A DNA stretch of 64,000 bases from Candidatus Atabeyarchaeum deiterrae (GCA_037310415.1 CP147780.1:2080001-2144000); one strand, 5' to 3'; positions 37,201 through 49,156 are shown, counted from the stretch's first letter. The notes: a model not told the origin generated them from the letters alone. Program-made: numbers and translations.

Positions 37201-38088
37201 TTATTCTAGTTTGCCAATTGTCCTTAGCGCTTCTCTGATCTTCTCTTTTTGGTCTTCCTTTAGAGTCATTACAGGTAACCTTGGTTTGCCGCTTATTACT
37301 CCGACCAAGTCCAAGGCTGCGAGTATCGGCGCAGGGTAGGCCGCACCTCCGAAAGACTTCTTGAGGATTGATATCCGGCTTTGTATTTCCCGAGCCCTCT
37401 CAATATTACCCTTCGCGAAAGAATCGAAGAGATCGAATACGAGCTCAGGAACTACATTGCTGACGGCGCTCACAACCCCGTCGCCCCCCATTGCCAGCGA
37501 TGCTAACATCAATTCGTCCTTTCCGCTTACAAGCGAGATCTTCTTCCCAACTTTCATAATGTATTCGCCATACTGCACGAGATCCCCGCTACTGTCCTTG
37601 ATGGCGATTACATTGCTGTTCTCTTTAACTATTCTTTCAAGCAGAGAAGGTGAGACGTTGTTACCAGCTCTAGCAGGGTTGTTGTACAGAATGACGTCCA
37701 TATCAACTGCCTCTGCGATTGCCGTAAAATAACGGAATAGCTCCTCGTCTTCGACTTTGACATAGTACGGAGTAAGAACCACTGCCGCATCCGCGCCAAT
37801 ATCCCTGGCGTGCTTTGCGAGATCCACGTTCTCCCTCACAGTGATCCCGCCCGTTCCTGCATAAACCGGGACTCGACCCCTTGACTGCCGAACGATGAGA
37901 TCGACCACCCGTTTTCTCTCGTCCGGCGTCATGAGGTAGAATCCCCCAGCAGTTCCAGCAGCAAAGAGAGCATCAACCTTGCCTTCAATCAAGTAGTCAA
38001 CTATTCCTCTTAGCGCTTCCTCGTCAACTTCTTCTTCGGCATCGAATGGGGTAACAACTGGGGTAATGCTTCCTTTTACTTTCACCAT
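37201..38088 (-). CDS. DapA/NAL-family class I aldolase
   Basis: TPF, GTAG, TPYY, LYNNP, IKDSSG catalytic Lys. Confidence 0.88.
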   Translation of the reverse strand: MVKVKGSITPVVTPFDAEEEVDEEALRGIVDYLIEGKVDALFAAGTAGGFYLMTPDERKRVVDLIVRQSRGRVPVYAGTGGITVRENVDLAKHARDIGADAAVVLTPYYVKVEDEELFRYFTAIAEAVDMDVILYNNPARAGNNVSPSLLERIVKENSNVIAIKDSSGDLVQYGEYIMKVGKKISLVSGKDELMLASLAMGGDGVVSAVSNVVPELVFDLFDSFAKGNIERAREIQSRISILKKSFGGAAYPAPILAALDLVGVISGKPRLPVMTLKEDQKEKIREALRTIGKLE

Positions 38089-38151
38089 TCTCTCAACTTC
38101 CTGTTCTCAGTTCAATATCCGCAGTAATAGACGATCGCAAACATAGTGAAC

Positions 38152-39084
38152 TCACTTGCCTAGTATTCTGGGGATCGCTTTTTGAAATGCTTCGATCAGA
38201 ACACCTTTGGCTGTGCTCACAACTTCTTTGCTCGATTGATACTCTTGAGGCTTAACCTCGAAACCAACCATTCCACAGTAACTAACATCCATTAGAATCT
38301 CCAGCAGTTCTGATACATCCTTAGTTGTGTTGATTGAGTTCTTGCTATAGAATCCGGGGTGTTCATCAAGGAGCCCACCTTTGTCTCCCTTTTTGGCACA
38401 CCCAATGTGTATATGGTCAAGGTACTCGGCTGCCTGCCTCAGAACATCTGGCTTCTCGCCGATAATCGGGCTGTGACTCAGATCCCATAATAGACCAATG
38501 TTGAAGTAGTCTTTCCTTACTTCACTCACGACCTTCACTGCTTCTTCCATCGGTCCTATCAGAAGTTTCCTATCATAACTCCTGTCAAAAGTCTCCAGAA
38601 GCAAGTTGACATCATAGTCCTCCGCTTTTGCGCAGAGTTCCCTCAACGATCCGACCAGCTTGGTTGCAGCTTCATCTCTCTTGCCAGCTCCAGGGTCGGG
38701 ACCAGAGCAAAGGGCGATTAGAGGAACGTCATGGTCTCCTGCAGTCTCAATTATCTCCCCAAAATGGGTGACAGCTTTTTTCCGCTCATCTTCATTCGAC
38801 GAACTGGGGTTGAACCCATGTTTAATTACGTCTGATTGGGCACCAACAATGACGAATCTGTCTTCGACAAGTTTCTCAAGTCCTCCCCACAGCTTCTCCG
38901 GAGGGTAGGGCATTTCCACCCCGTCGAAGAATGGGTCGTCGACTATCGCTCGAACTCCTTCAATGAAGTTATCATCACTTTGCGTCATGTCGGGGTAAGC
39001 CATGTTGCTCACGATGCTGATTCCCCAAGGAAACGTAACATGAATATCCAAATCTTTAAGTAAAAGGTCTGCAACGAAACCCAA
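38152..39084 (-). CDS. sugar phosphate isomerase/epimerase (xylose-isomerase-like TIM barrel)
   Basis: LLE, DLSH, HIHI, FEVKP metal ligands. Confidence 0.8.
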   Translation of the reverse strand: MGFVADLLLKDLDIHVTFPWGISIVSNMAYPDMTQSDDNFIEGVRAIVDDPFFDGVEMPYPPEKLWGGLEKLVEDRFVIVGAQSDVIKHGFNPSSSNEDERKKAVTHFGEIIETAGDHDVPLIALCSGPDPGAGKRDEAATKLVGSLRELCAKAEDYDVNLLLETFDRSYDRKLLIGPMEEAVKVVSEVRKDYFNIGLLWDLSHSPIIGEKPDVLRQAAEYLDHIHIGCAKKGDKGGLLDEHPGFYSKNSINTTKDVSELLEILMDVSYCGMVGFEVKPQEYQSSKEVVSTAKGVLIEAFQKAIPRILGK

Positions 39085-39296
39085 CTCAGGGACACCTCCT
39101 AGGAATGCAAAAGTAAGATCAGTTACTGCACGATAATAACTCTATCTCCTTCCTGCTGGCCTGCAATAGATGAGAAAAAACTTTTTGTGTCTGAAGCGCT
39201 CTCCACAAGGCTATGAAAGTTGATCATGAGTATTCACATTGCATTATGGCTTCGAAAGTATTGACTGTCTGATTCGGTTTTGGGAGTTGGATTCAT

Positions 39297-39821
39297 GTGT
39301 TTTGGTCTGGCCAGAGAATCTTCGATGAAGTCTTAAAAGTTGTTGAAGCAAACAAGGACGCCTTGGGCAAATTGAAGATAAACCCTAGTGGAGTTGACAT
39401 AGGTATCTCAAGCGCAGAACGAATACAGGACGACGCTATTGCCACTATCGATGGCGAGAGAAGGGAGTTAGACTCGAAGACTGTCACCTACAAGCCACAT
39501 GAGGGATACTACGCGTTGCCTCGCGGAGTCTACGTCGTACGCCTCAACGTAGCTGTCAAGATACCTGCCACCGCGATAGGACTATCCTTACCAAGAAGTA
39601 CCCTGATTCGCCTCGGCATAATAAAGTGCGAGACGGCGGTGTTTGACCCCGGATATGAGGGAATCGGCATCCAAACCGTCTACATTCCAATAAAGGAACT
39701 CAGGATCGCTGAGAACGAACGCTGGTTCCAGTTCCTTGTCGCCGACGCAAAGAATTCAGGCATGACATACTCCGGTAAATATCAAGGAGAAGGAATAAGG
39801 AGGAGACAGGCAAGAGTCTAA
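39297..39821 (+). CDS. dUTPase/dCTP deaminase family protein
   Basis: INPSGVD, PRSTLIR, FDPGYEG, YSGKYQ. Confidence 0.85.
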   Translation: MFWSGQRIFDEVLKVVEANKDALGKLKINPSGVDIGISSAERIQDDAIATIDGERRELDSKTVTYKPHEGYYALPRGVYVVRLNVAVKIPATAIGLSLPRSTLIRLGIIKCETAVFDPGYEGIGIQTVYIPIKELRIAENERWFQFLVADAKNSGMTYSGKYQGEGIRRRQARV

Positions 39822-39847
39822 TCGCATGCAGAGCGGACATCTTGGGC

Positions 39848-41062
39848 TTAGCTTAGCTCGCGCGTTAGGGCGCTCTTCAGTTCTTTTGGTTGAGTTCTCA
39901 TCACGGTCAGACTAGAAACACTGTGGAAACTGAGGAACCTTCGCAAGGTCGCCACAAGTTCATTCATGAGTCCACCGCCAGCTTCTCTGTTGATCAAACT
40001 TAACGAGTTGATGATCATACTTTGGTTTTGCCTATCCAGTTTGGGGTCGATTCTTCCAACAAACTTCGTTCCATGTAGAATCGGCATGACATAATAACCG
40101 TAGATCCGTTTCTCAGGGACTTTATACACCTCCCATGAATAGTCAAAATCGAATATCTCTGAAATCACCTTGCGGTTCCACAAAAGGTTGTCAAGCGGTG
40201 CTATGAAGAAGACTTTTTCATCAATCGACGTTCTTGGATCCTCAAGCGAATTCAGCAACTCCCTCAGGACATAGTATTCCTGTCTCACGCCTTCGACTTT
40301 GACTGGACATAGTGTACCGCTCTCAACCATTTTCTTGACAATTGCTTTTCTTTGGAGAGCTTTCATTGGGAGCCAACCGAATCTCCAATCCCGCGTATCA
40401 ACCAAGCCGTATGCCCACATGTATTTTCGGATCATGAATTGTTCATATTCTTCTCTGGACGGCACTTCGATATCAGTGACTGATGGAACTATGTGGACTG
40501 TGAGGTCGTAGTACCGTCTATTTCCCTCGACATGGTGGATCATGAGTTCACCGCAGTCCCATAACAGGTTTAGTATGTTTGTCTCGAGCTTCCCTTTGAT
40601 CGCGCCACCCTGCTCAAGCTCTTGAGAAGAGAGTGGTCCATGCTTCTCGATTTCTGAGAGAACTTGGGCGATAGGCTTCTTTAGTTCTTTTCTTCTCGCT
40701 TTGACCCGGTCATAATAGGGAGACTGGAACTGCGATGTGTTTTGCATGCGATAGCGGAAGTAGCGAAGGTCGCTGAAAGGGATTATGGATTTCTCGTTGC
40801 ACCAGTACTCGAATAGTTTCCTGTCCTTGTAGAGCAATTCCTCCAAGCATGACGGACTATAGCTTCTGATTCTGTTGTGGAGAACCAAGTGATGGTTGCG
40901 ATGCACGACATTAATCGGATCTGTTTGTACACATTCGAGCCGAGTTACTGCTGATAGCGTTCCGTCCTTGCCGCTTTCTTCCTTTAAGAGGTTCTGTCTC
41001 TGAACAAGGAATCGTCTCGCATTCTCTTTTGAAATCTCCACCTGTTTCAAATCGACCACCAA
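39848..41062 (-). CDS. AlkZ/YcaQ-like winged-helix DNA glycosylase
   Basis: QTDP (QxD) catalytic motif, FEYW, APLDNLLWNR, WEVY.P..R.YGYYVMP. Confidence 0.85.
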   Translation of the reverse strand: MVVDLKQVEISKENARRFLVQRQNLLKEESGKDGTLSAVTRLECVQTDPINVVHRNHHLVLHNRIRSYSPSCLEELLYKDRKLFEYWCNEKSIIPFSDLRYFRYRMQNTSQFQSPYYDRVKARRKELKKPIAQVLSEIEKHGPLSSQELEQGGAIKGKLETNILNLLWDCGELMIHHVEGNRRYYDLTVHIVPSVTDIEVPSREEYEQFMIRKYMWAYGLVDTRDWRFGWLPMKALQRKAIVKKMVESGTLCPVKVEGVRQEYYVLRELLNSLEDPRTSIDEKVFFIAPLDNLLWNRKVISEIFDFDYSWEVYKVPEKRIYGYYVMPILHGTKFVGRIDPKLDRQNQSMIINSLSLINREAGGGLMNELVATLRRFLSFHSVSSLTVMRTQPKELKSALTRELS

Positions 41063-41274
41063 GACATTCCCTCACCAAAGACTGAATAGCCGATTCAAGT
41101 GTATTCCGCTGTACTCAAGTACATGATACTTTTCCTCTATAATACCCCCATAGAAGGACCCATTTCCTTGCCCTTCCAAGTATAGCTGGGAAAGGACTTT
41201 CGATAACATTGAGTGCCTCTTTCCCTCATGCCAACCTAACAAAGAATTAATACCTTCATGTTCAGAAGGATAGA

Positions 41275-42006
41275 ATGTCATATGATTGGGGCGTAAAAGA
41301 TTTGGCAAAGGGAATCGAGAAAGAAAACAAGCCAAAAGCATCTGTCGAAAAACGCGTGATAAAAGTAGGCAGGAAAGGACCCTATCTTGTTTCCGGTGGC
41401 ATTCCACTTGCCATTCAGATCATCGACACCGACGCCGAAGGAACTCCCATCGAATGGCGTACGGGAAAGAAATACCCTCCACAAGACGATTATTCTCTGT
41501 GCCGCTGCGGACAAACTAAGAACAAACCGTTTTGTGATGGAACACATGCAAAAGTCCATTTTGAAGGGACAGAGACAGCCAGCCAAGAGCCCTACGACGA
41601 CCGGGCTGAAGTGATCGATGGCCCCGCTCTGGTGCTAACAGATGCCGTGGATTTGTGTGCCCGTGCTCGATTCTGCCATCGAGCTGGAGAAATCTGGAAC
41701 CTCATTCCACTTTCAGGCGACCCGAAGCAGAGGATAATTGCTGCTAAAGAGGCTGGAGACTGCCCCTCGGGTCGCCTAGTAATCTGGGACAAGGAAACCA
41801 AGAGACAAATTGAGCCTGTGTTCGAACCGTCCATAGGATTAGTTGAGGGTCCCCGACCAGGTATGAGCGGCCCAGTCTGGGTGCGGGGAGGGATTCCGAT
41901 TGAATCTGGGAATGGCAGGATCTACGAAATCCGTAACCGCGTCACTCTTTGCGGGTGCGGCAGGTCCCGCAACAAACCTTTCTGCGACAGCAGTCACCTC
42001 ACATAA
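41275..42006 (+). CDS. CDGSH iron-sulfur domain protein (two CDGSH domains plus central divergent Fe-S domain)
   Basis: CRCGQTKNKPFCDGTH, CARARFC..CPSG, CGCGRSRNKPFCDSSH. Confidence 0.9.
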   Translation: MSYDWGVKDLAKGIEKENKPKASVEKRVIKVGRKGPYLVSGGIPLAIQIIDTDAEGTPIEWRTGKKYPPQDDYSLCRCGQTKNKPFCDGTHAKVHFEGTETASQEPYDDRAEVIDGPALVLTDAVDLCARARFCHRAGEIWNLIPLSGDPKQRIIAAKEAGDCPSGRLVIWDKETKRQIEPVFEPSIGLVEGPRPGMSGPVWVRGGIPIESGNGRIYEIRNRVTLCGCGRSRNKPFCDSSHLT

Positions 42007-42237
42007 CAGCTGGCACTGGGCGGTATGCTGCAAGAAGACGATCGAGTCACGCATAGTCGAAACACAGAGACGAGTATGCTCACTCACGTCGAAAAAAATC
42101 CTCAGAAGTGAAGACTCACGGTACGTCTGCACGACGTACTCTTCTCAATAATCTCTTTTCCCTAGAAGACTATAAGAGCAGAATGCTTCGAGATTGTTGG
42201 CAGAGAAAAGGAACTGTGAGCAAGAGGTGCTCAGAAT

Positions 42238-42648
42238 ATGTCAGGAGCAAGAAAGAAGATTAGGGTTCTTATCGCCAAGCCAGGTCTCGATGGACATGAC
42301 CGCGGAGCCAAAGTAGTCGCTCTAGCTCTTCGAGACGCGGGCATGGAAGTCATCTACACAGGAATAAGGCAAACTCCTGAGAAGATAGTTGAGGCAGCTA
42401 TCGAAGAAGACGTAGATGTCATCGGCCTCAGCATTCTTTCAGGAACGCATAAGCACTACTTCAAAAAGGTCATAGACCTGCTGAAGAAGAAAGGAGCAGA
42501 CGACATTGCCGTATTCGGCGGAGGAATAATACCAGAGAGTGACATCCCGGAACTCAAAGGGATGGGAGCAGACGAAGTGTTTGGACCCGGAACGCCAACA
42601 AGCGATATAGCTGACTACTTGAACAGGAAATTTGGGAAGAAAAAGTAG
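42238..42648 (+). CDS. methylmalonyl-CoA mutase cobalamin-binding subunit
   Basis: [25 protein letters not shown]. Confidence 0.95.
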   Translation: MSGARKKIRVLIAKPGLDGHDRGAKVVALALRDAGMEVIYTGIRQTPEKIVEAAIEEDVDVIGLSILSGTHKHYFKKVIDLLKKKGADDIAVFGGGIIPESDIPELKGMGADEVFGPGTPTSDIADYLNRKFGKKK

Positions 42649-44353
42649 CAACTTGCCGGGAGGGACTCGTAACTTGTTCGATAAGAAGAAAGCGAATGGG
42701 ATCAAGGAAGCTCAGAAGAAATGGGAGGACACAACCGTCTCGAAAACCATTCAGAAGACGCCTGAGAGAAGGAAAGAATTCTTTTCCGCCTCAAGCATAC
42801 CAGTGAAGAGGCTTTACACTCCATCTGATATCGAGAAAATCGACTACATGCGGGACCTCGGCTTTCCCGGCGAGTTCCCTGCTACCAGAGGCGTTCAGCC
42901 TACCATGTACAGGGGTCGCTTCTGGACGATGCGCCAGTACGCCGGGTTCGGATCAGCCGAGGAGACGAATCAACGCTTCAAGTATCTCTTGAAGGAGGGA
43001 CAGACAGGTCTCAGCGTCGCATTTGATCTTCCCACCCAGATCGGCTATGACTCTGACCATGACCTTTCCTATGGGGAGGTTGGGAAGGTCGGCGTATCAA
43101 TAAACAGTATCGAGGACATGGAATTGCTCTTCCAGGGGATACCCCTCGACAAGGTAAGTACATCGATGACAATCAATGCCTCAGCCCCAGTGATCTTAGC
43201 CATGTACATGGTCGCGGCGGGAAAACAGGGAGTGGCTCCTTCAGCACTCCAAGGAACAGTACAAAACGATGTTCTGAAGGAGTACATTGCAAGGGGGACA
43301 TACATCTACCCTCCCAAGCCCTCAATGAGACTGGCAGTTGACATTATTGAATACTGCTTCAAGAACGTGCCCAAGTGGAATACTATCAGCATAAGCGGAT
43401 ACCACATCCGTGAAGCGGGTGCAACAGCGGTCCAAGAAGTTGCCTTCACTTTGGCTGACGGCATAGCATATGTTGAAGCTGCAGTATCAAGAGGACTCAA
43501 GGTTGACACCTTTGCGCCTCGACTCTCATTCTTCTTCGCTTCACATATGGATCTCCTCGAAGAGGTTGCCAAATTCCGCGCCGCCAGAAGACTATGGGCC
43601 AAGATCATGAAGGAGAGGTTTAGTGCTCAGAATCTTGAATCGATGATGCTGCGCTTTCATACGCAGACTGGCGGAGTTACTCTTACAGCTCAGCAGCCCG
43701 AGAACAATGTAGTTCGGGTGACGCTTCAGGCCCTTGCAGCTGTCTTAGGAGGAACCCAGTCTCTTCACACGAACTCCATGGATGAAGCTTTGGCACTGCC
43801 ATCTGAGAAGGCTGTCAGGATAGCTCTTAGAACGCAACAGATTCTCGCAAGTGAAAGTGGAACTACAAACTCGATTGATCCTCTTGCTGGATCCTTCTAC
43901 TTGGAGAGCCTCACCAACGAGATTGAGACCCAATCGATGGGATACATTGAGAAGATCGATGAAATGGGTGGAATGGTTACAGCCATAGAGAAAGGATATC
44001 CGCAGAAAGAGATACTTGGCAGCGCATACAAGTTCCAAAAGGAAGTCGAGAGCAAAGACAGAATCATCGTGGGCGTAAACGAGTATTCAATCAAGGAGGA
44101 ACTCACATGGGAAATCCTGCGAGTTAAGCCAGATGTTGAGGAGCGCCAGAGAAAGAGAGTGAAGGATCTCAAAGCAAGGAGGGACAGTGGCAAATCTCAG
44201 AAAGCATTGGAGCAAATCAAGATGGTGGCACAAGCGGACGAGAACTTGATGCCATCAATAATGGAAGCTGTCAAGGCATATGCGACAACTGGCGAGATTT
44301 GTGACGCGTTGAGAGAGGTCTATGGGGAGTATAGAGCACCAGAAATAATCTGA
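42632..44353 (+). CDS. methylmalonyl-CoA mutase substrate-binding subunit (probable TTG start 42674)
   Basis: [33 protein letters not shown]. Confidence 0.95.
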   Translation: MGRKSSNLPGGTRNLFDKKKANGIKEAQKKWEDTTVSKTIQKTPERRKEFFSASSIPVKRLYTPSDIEKIDYMRDLGFPGEFPATRGVQPTMYRGRFWTMRQYAGFGSAEETNQRFKYLLKEGQTGLSVAFDLPTQIGYDSDHDLSYGEVGKVGVSINSIEDMELLFQGIPLDKVSTSMTINASAPVILAMYMVAAGKQGVAPSALQGTVQNDVLKEYIARGTYIYPPKPSMRLAVDIIEYCFKNVPKWNTISISGYHIREAGATAVQEVAFTLADGIAYVEAAVSRGLKVDTFAPRLSFFFASHMDLLEEVAKFRAARRLWAKIMKERFSAQNLESMMLRFHTQTGGVTLTAQQPENNVVRVTLQALAAVLGGTQSLHTNSMDEALALPSEKAVRIALRTQQILASESGTTNSIDPLAGSFYLESLTNEIETQSMGYIEKIDEMGGMVTAIEKGYPQKEILGSAYKFQKEVESKDRIIVGVNEYSIKEELTWEILRVKPDVEERQRKRVKDLKARRDSGKSQKALEQIKMVAQADENLMPSIMEAVKAYATTGEICDALREVYGEYRAPEII

Positions 44354-44391
44354 AGGAAAGCTTAGGATGGCGAAACCCCACGATCAGTAGG

Positions 44392-44865
44392 ATGGAACTG
44401 AGGAAAGCAACAAGTCGCGATCTACCTCGGATAGAAAGACTCCTTAAGGGGAACGAGCTGCCTTTTGAAGATATTCGATCGAAGATGGACTTCATCTTCT
44501 TGGCACGAGTGAATGCAGAAGATGTGGGAATAGGTGGAGTAGAAATCCGCGGAAAATGTGGACTCCTTCGCTCAGTTGTAGTTGAAAAACCACACCGTGG
44601 AGAAGGATACGGAAGAATGCTCTGCGACAAGTTGGTCGAATATGCAAAGACTCAGGGAGTTGGAGAGCTGTACCTTCTGACCATGACAGCGGAGCGCTTC
44701 TTTCTAAAAATGGGGTTTAGGAGGATCAACCGAGACAATGTTCCCATGGACATCCAGAACACAACTGAGTTTAGCGAACTATGCCCTGTGTCATCAGTCT
44801 GCATGAGAAAGATTGTCTCGAGTGGTAACTTTGAACGAGCAACAATAGCAGGAAAAAATAGGTGA
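44392..44865 (+). CDS. GNAT acetyltransferase, ArsN2-like
   Basis: LLRSVVV..RGEGYG, LYLLT..A..FF, TEFSELCP.S. Confidence 0.8.
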   Translation: MELRKATSRDLPRIERLLKGNELPFEDIRSKMDFIFLARVNAEDVGIGGVEIRGKCGLLRSVVVEKPHRGEGYGRMLCDKLVEYAKTQGVGELYLLTMTAERFFLKMGFRRINRDNVPMDIQNTTEFSELCPVSSVCMRKIVSSGNFERATIAGKNR

Positions 44866-44896
44866 AGAGTCCCGGTGCAATTGGGACCGTTTTCTC

Positions 44897-45502
44897 TTAT
44901 CGGATGCGTGCTCCGCACTTCGGGCAAAACATCATATCTGGTTCCACTCTCTCCCCGCATTCAGGACAGAATCTGGCTACAGGCTCTGGGACTCTGCCTT
45001 CTCTCGCTACAGGTTCACGAGAAAGAACCTCCGGTCTTTTGCGAGGAGGTATCGGTTCATACACAAGCGCCAGTATGCCTCCGATCAATCCAAATATGAA
45101 CGCTGCTCCGCCAAGCACGCCGAAGACAAGTATGATGACACCGTACTTTGTATGTTCCATAGGGTTATTGTTCAGGCTCCTAGCAGCAGCAAGCACGGCT
45201 AATGAAGCAATCATTAGCCATCCTGAAAGCACTAGTCCAATGGTCAGAATGAAGTTGAAGTAGCTAGCCCAGAAGCTGCCCGGGACGTAGCCGTATTGGG
45301 TTGCCATGTAAAGCGGTGCGACGAAAGAATAGAGCACTACAATGCCCACAAGTAGCCCGAGTATTCCCCCGATTACCGAAACAACGTATGCTGCAGTCGG
45401 TTTCTCCTCCACTGCGACGCTACTCAACTCTATCACCCATCTCTTGATTGATAGCTTGTTTGTACTTAAAGATATCGTTTTCAACGATTGAAAGCTTACC
45501 AC
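44897..45502 (-). CDS. membrane protein with C-terminal zinc ribbon
   Basis: PTAAY..SVIGG TM, IGGILAL; CPECG..CPKCG. Confidence 0.7.
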   Translation of the reverse strand: MVSFQSLKTISLSTNKLSIKRWVIELSSVAVEEKPTAAYVVSVIGGILGLLVGIVVLYSFVAPLYMATQYGYVPGSFWASYFNFILTIGLVLSGWLMIASLAVLAAARSLNNNPMEHTKYGVIILVFGVLGGAAFIFGLIGGILALVYEPIPPRKRPEVLSREPVAREGRVPEPVARFCPECGERVEPDMMFCPKCGARIR

Positions 45503-45700
45503 GCTTTAATGACGGAGTAGTTGGTCAATTTTCTCGGTTATCTTCTGAGGCATAATTGCTCTCAGTGAACGGAGAATGACCAAGGAATTCCTCGCTTGCG
45601 GGAGTGATCCTCTCTTCGATAAAGACTTATACCTAATTCCTCTATTGAAACTCATCTATGTTGACAGTTCTCGCACGAATTGACGAGAGGTTAGAGCACC

Positions 45701-46102
45701 ATGTTTAGAAAAATCAGTCATATCGGCATAGCTGTGAGAAATATGGATGAGGCGCTGAAGCTGTATTCTGAGACACTTGGTCTGAAGGTGTCTGGCATTG
45801 AGACCGTTGAAGAGCAGAAAGTGAAATCCGCGATGATCCCCATAGGCGAATCGAGAATAGAACTCATGGAGTCAACCGATCCGGAGGGGCCAGTAGGGAA
45901 GTTCATAACGAAAAGAGGCGAAGGGATGCACCACATATCACTCGAAGTTGATGACATTGACAAAGAGCTCGCCAAACTCAGCAAAGCAGGCATCGAATTG
46001 ATCGACAAGAAGCCCAGATTGGGCGCAGGTGGAAATAAGATAGCGTTTGTCCATCCGAAGAGCATGCACGGAGTATTGCTAGAACTCACCTCGAGAAAGT
46101 GA
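45701..46102 (+). CDS. mce: methylmalonyl-CoA epimerase
   Basis: HIGIAV, IELME, GEGMHHI, FVHPK..GVLLE; next to mutase. Confidence 0.93.
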   Translation: MFRKISHIGIAVRNMDEALKLYSETLGLKVSGIETVEEQKVKSAMIPIGESRIELMESTDPEGPVGKFITKRGEGMHHISLEVDDIDKELAKLSKAGIELIDKKPRLGAGGNKIAFVHPKSMHGVLLELTSRK

Positions 46103-46221
46103 GGTGCGGAATTCCTGAGACAGAAGGCATATTTAATATCATCCCCGTTTTTCCTTTTTGAACCGAAAAAGGCGTGGCAATCCACACCTCATGCGACCCT
46201 GAACAGATCACTCGCTAAGGG

Positions 46222-47091
46222 ATGCGTGATTCCCTATTGAATGGCAGCGAACGTAGTCCCCAGAATTCTTCATTTGGAGATCAGATCTCGCTAGAGGCCA
46301 TCAAGAGGAATTTTCACTCAAAGATCATTGGTTGCCATATAGTCCTTATTGATGAGACTACCTCAACAAATGATGAAGCCAAAAAGCTGGCTGTGAAAAA
46401 CGCGAATGAAGGAACCGTCGTTCTGGCAAGAGTACAAAGCGCAGGGAGAGGACGCTTCGGAAGAAAATGGCACTCACCCGAAGGCGGCCTCTATATGTCA
46501 GTCATCCTGAGACCCAATGCAAATCTACCTATTCAGAAGATAACTCTGATGACCGGGCTATCCGTAGCCAAGACCTTGAGGAGACTCTACAAGATTGAAG
46601 CAGTTCTTAGGTGGCCAAACGACGTTCTCGTCGGAGAAAGCAAGATTTGCGGAATACTTGCAGAGGGAGCTTTCGAAGGAGACACACCCCTGTACGTTAT
46701 CATCGGTATCGGGTTAAACGTCAACGTCGATACTAACACGCTTCCAAAGGAAGCAGGACTTCGAGCTACGTCGCTAGAAACCCTTCTTGGGGAAAGGGTT
46801 CTCTCAAACACCCTGATCAGCGAACTTCTCAAAACAATCGACCAAGATTACAGGTTCTTCATAGGTGGGAAAGATGAAAAGCTGTGGACGAAGTATCGGA
46901 AATTATGCAAAACAATCGGATCAGAAGTCCGAGTTGAAGTCTGCAGAGGTGAAGTCTATGAGGGATATGCCGAAGGGCTATCGGATGAAGGGGGCTTGAT
47001 CCTGAGAACACGAGATGGATCCAGAGTTACGATTCTGAGTGGCGACTGCGTGCACCTAAGAACTATGAACAAGCACAAAAAAGGATATTAA
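46222..47091 (+). CDS. birA: biotin-protein ligase (group I, no HTH)
   Basis: STN, QSAGRGR..W.SP, WPND, KICGIL, GIGLNV. Confidence 0.92.
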   Translation: MRDSLLNGSERSPQNSSFGDQISLEAIKRNFHSKIIGCHIVLIDETTSTNDEAKKLAVKNANEGTVVLARVQSAGRGRFGRKWHSPEGGLYMSVILRPNANLPIQKITLMTGLSVAKTLRRLYKIEAVLRWPNDVLVGESKICGILAEGAFEGDTPLYVIIGIGLNVNVDTNTLPKEAGLRATSLETLLGERVLSNTLISELLKTIDQDYRFFIGGKDEKLWTKYRKLCKTIGSEVRVEVCRGEVYEGYAEGLSDEGGLILRTRDGSRVTILSGDCVHLRTMNKHKKGY

Positions 47092-47182
47092 GAAAGAAGT
47101 AGTGAAAGTCACCACGACACGTTCATTTCTCACCGATTCAACATCTTACTGAGTGTGACTTTGAGAGGTGTAAGTCCGAAAC

Positions 47183-48736
47183 ATGTCATCAATTGAAGAC
47201 AAAATTAGGAAACTCAAAGAAATGAAAGAACAAAGCAAGCTGGGCGGCGGGAAAGACAGAATAGAGAAGCAGCATGAGTCAGGGAAGCTAACCGCTAGGG
47301 AGAGACTAGAGGCGCTGCTCGACACAGGAACATTTGTGGAAATAGACCCATATGTAAGACATCAAAGCACCAATTTCGGAGCAGAAAAGAATCGACCTCT
47401 CGGCGACGCCGTGGTCACAGGCTGGGGAAGAATGAATGGCAGACTGGTCTACGTCTTCTCCCAAGACTTCACGGTGTTCGGAGGATCCCTTGGTGAGGCT
47501 TTCGCTCAGAAAGTCTGCAAGATTATGGATCTGGCTGCAAGAAATGGCGCACCAGTGATAGGATTGAATGATGGCGCCGGAGCGAGAATACAGGAAGGAG
47601 TCTCAAGCTTGGTTGCCTATGCAGACATTTTTTACAGGAATGTTCTTTCTTCGGGTGTGGTTCCTCAAATATCGGCCATCATGGGGCCCTGCGCTGGGGG
47701 TGCAGTCTATTCGCCTGCGATGACTGATTTCATAATCATGGTTGAAGGAATATCATACATGCACATCACGGGACCTGATGTAGTAAAAACAGTCACCAAG
47801 GAAGATGTCACCTCTGAGCAGCTCGGTGGGGCTCAGGTTCACATGGAGAAAAGCGGAGTCGCCCACTTTTCGGCGAAAACAGAACAAGAGTGTTTCGATA
47901 TAATCAGAAAACTAATGGGTTTTATCCCCTCAAACAACATGGAAGACCCGCCGATAGCTGAGGCGACTGACGATCCAAATAGAATGGATGAAGAATTGAA
48001 TCACATAGTCCCAATAGATCCAAACAAGCCATACGACATGCGGGACGTGGTCAGACATATCGTTGATGACGGTGACTTCTTTGAAGTTCAGCCTCTGTGG
48101 GCTGAGAACATTATCATCGGCTTCGCTAGGTTAAACGGCAGACCGATTGGTATAGTCGGGAACAATCCGAGAGCACTTGCTGGCACACTTGACATCGACT
48201 CATCCACTAAAGGTGCCCGGTTCGTGCGGTTCTGTGACTGCTTCAACATACCCATACTGACTTTCGAAGACGTACCAGGATTCCTCCCCGGAACAGCACA
48301 GGAACATGGAGGCATAATCAGGCATGGATCAAAGCTACTCTATGCTTTCTGTGAAGCAACTGTTCCACGCCTAACCGTGATAACAAGAAAAGCGTATGGT
48401 GGAGCATTTGACGTGCTGAACTCGAAGAATGTCGGAGCAGACTACAATGTAGCCTGGCCCGGGGCAGAGCTGGCAGTCATGGGACCAGAGGGCGCAGTCA
48501 ACATAATCTTCAGAAAAGAAATCGAAAAGGCAGCCGACCCCCAGAAGGAAAGAGAAAGACTTGTGAAAGAATACCGTGAGAAGTTTGCGAATCCCTACAT
48601 AACGGCAGAAAGAGGCTATATCGACGACGTTATAGAACCGAAAGAAACTAGGCCCAAGCTAATCAATGCACTGGAGACTCTTGCAAACAAGCGGACAAGC
48701 AGACCAGCAAGAAAGCACGGCAACATACCCCTGTAG
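47183..48736 (+). CDS. acyl-CoA carboxyltransferase beta subunit (PccB/MmdA/transcarboxylase 12S-like)
   Basis: [39 protein letters not shown]. Confidence 0.95.
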   Translation: MSSIEDKIRKLKEMKEQSKLGGGKDRIEKQHESGKLTARERLEALLDTGTFVEIDPYVRHQSTNFGAEKNRPLGDAVVTGWGRMNGRLVYVFSQDFTVFGGSLGEAFAQKVCKIMDLAARNGAPVIGLNDGAGARIQEGVSSLVAYADIFYRNVLSSGVVPQISAIMGPCAGGAVYSPAMTDFIIMVEGISYMHITGPDVVKTVTKEDVTSEQLGGAQVHMEKSGVAHFSAKTEQECFDIIRKLMGFIPSNNMEDPPIAEATDDPNRMDEELNHIVPIDPNKPYDMRDVVRHIVDDGDFFEVQPLWAENIIIGFARLNGRPIGIVGNNPRALAGTLDIDSSTKGARFVRFCDCFNIPILTFEDVPGFLPGTAQEHGGIIRHGSKLLYAFCEATVPRLTVITRKAYGGAFDVLNSKNVGADYNVAWPGAELAVMGPEGAVNIIFRKEIEKAADPQKERERLVKEYREKFANPYITAERGYIDDVIEPKETRPKLINALETLANKRTSRPARKHGNIPL

Positions 48737-48847
48737 ATTGCGCTCTCGGCATGATGGTTTTTTCCGCGAATATCGAGACGGGGATCGCAGTGCGAAATGG
48801 TAGGTTCGGTGCCGCGTTGTGATTCCTCAGCCTCATTTTTGAGGGGA

Positions 48848-49156
48848 TCAAGCTTCCCCGTTTAGCGTTTGTTTCCAGCCGCATGATTCACACAGTATTT
48901 CTCCAGTTCTTGTTTTGGTTCTCACAGAACTAGTCCTGGGTCTCTTGTCGATCGAAGCTGCAATAGTCTTTCTGCCGCATTTCGGACAGCCGAGTCTGGA
49001 GATATCTGTCGAGTAAAGGTGGCAATTGGAGCAGCGAAAAATCACTCCATATTCCAACATTTCGGCGGCAACAGCTGCCATAGGATGCAAAGGACCTACG
49101 GAAGCAGTCACGTTTCCTCCACATTCGGAACATTTGAGACTCTTCATGTTGGGCAT
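48848..49156 (-). CDS. small zinc-finger protein (four CxxC pairs)
   Basis: CSEC, CSNC, CPKC, CESC. Confidence 0.6.
   Translation of the reverse strand: MPNMKSLKCSECGGNVTASVGPLHPMAAVAAEMLEYGVIFRCSNCHLYSTDISRLGCPKCGRKTIAASIDKRPRTSSVRTKTRTGEILCESCGWKQTLNGEA

Noticed and set aside
46153-46172. CCTTTTT-N6-AAAAAGG hairpin upstream of birA as a biotin operator
   Set aside because: This BirA has no HTH; a weak terminator or chance match is equally plausible
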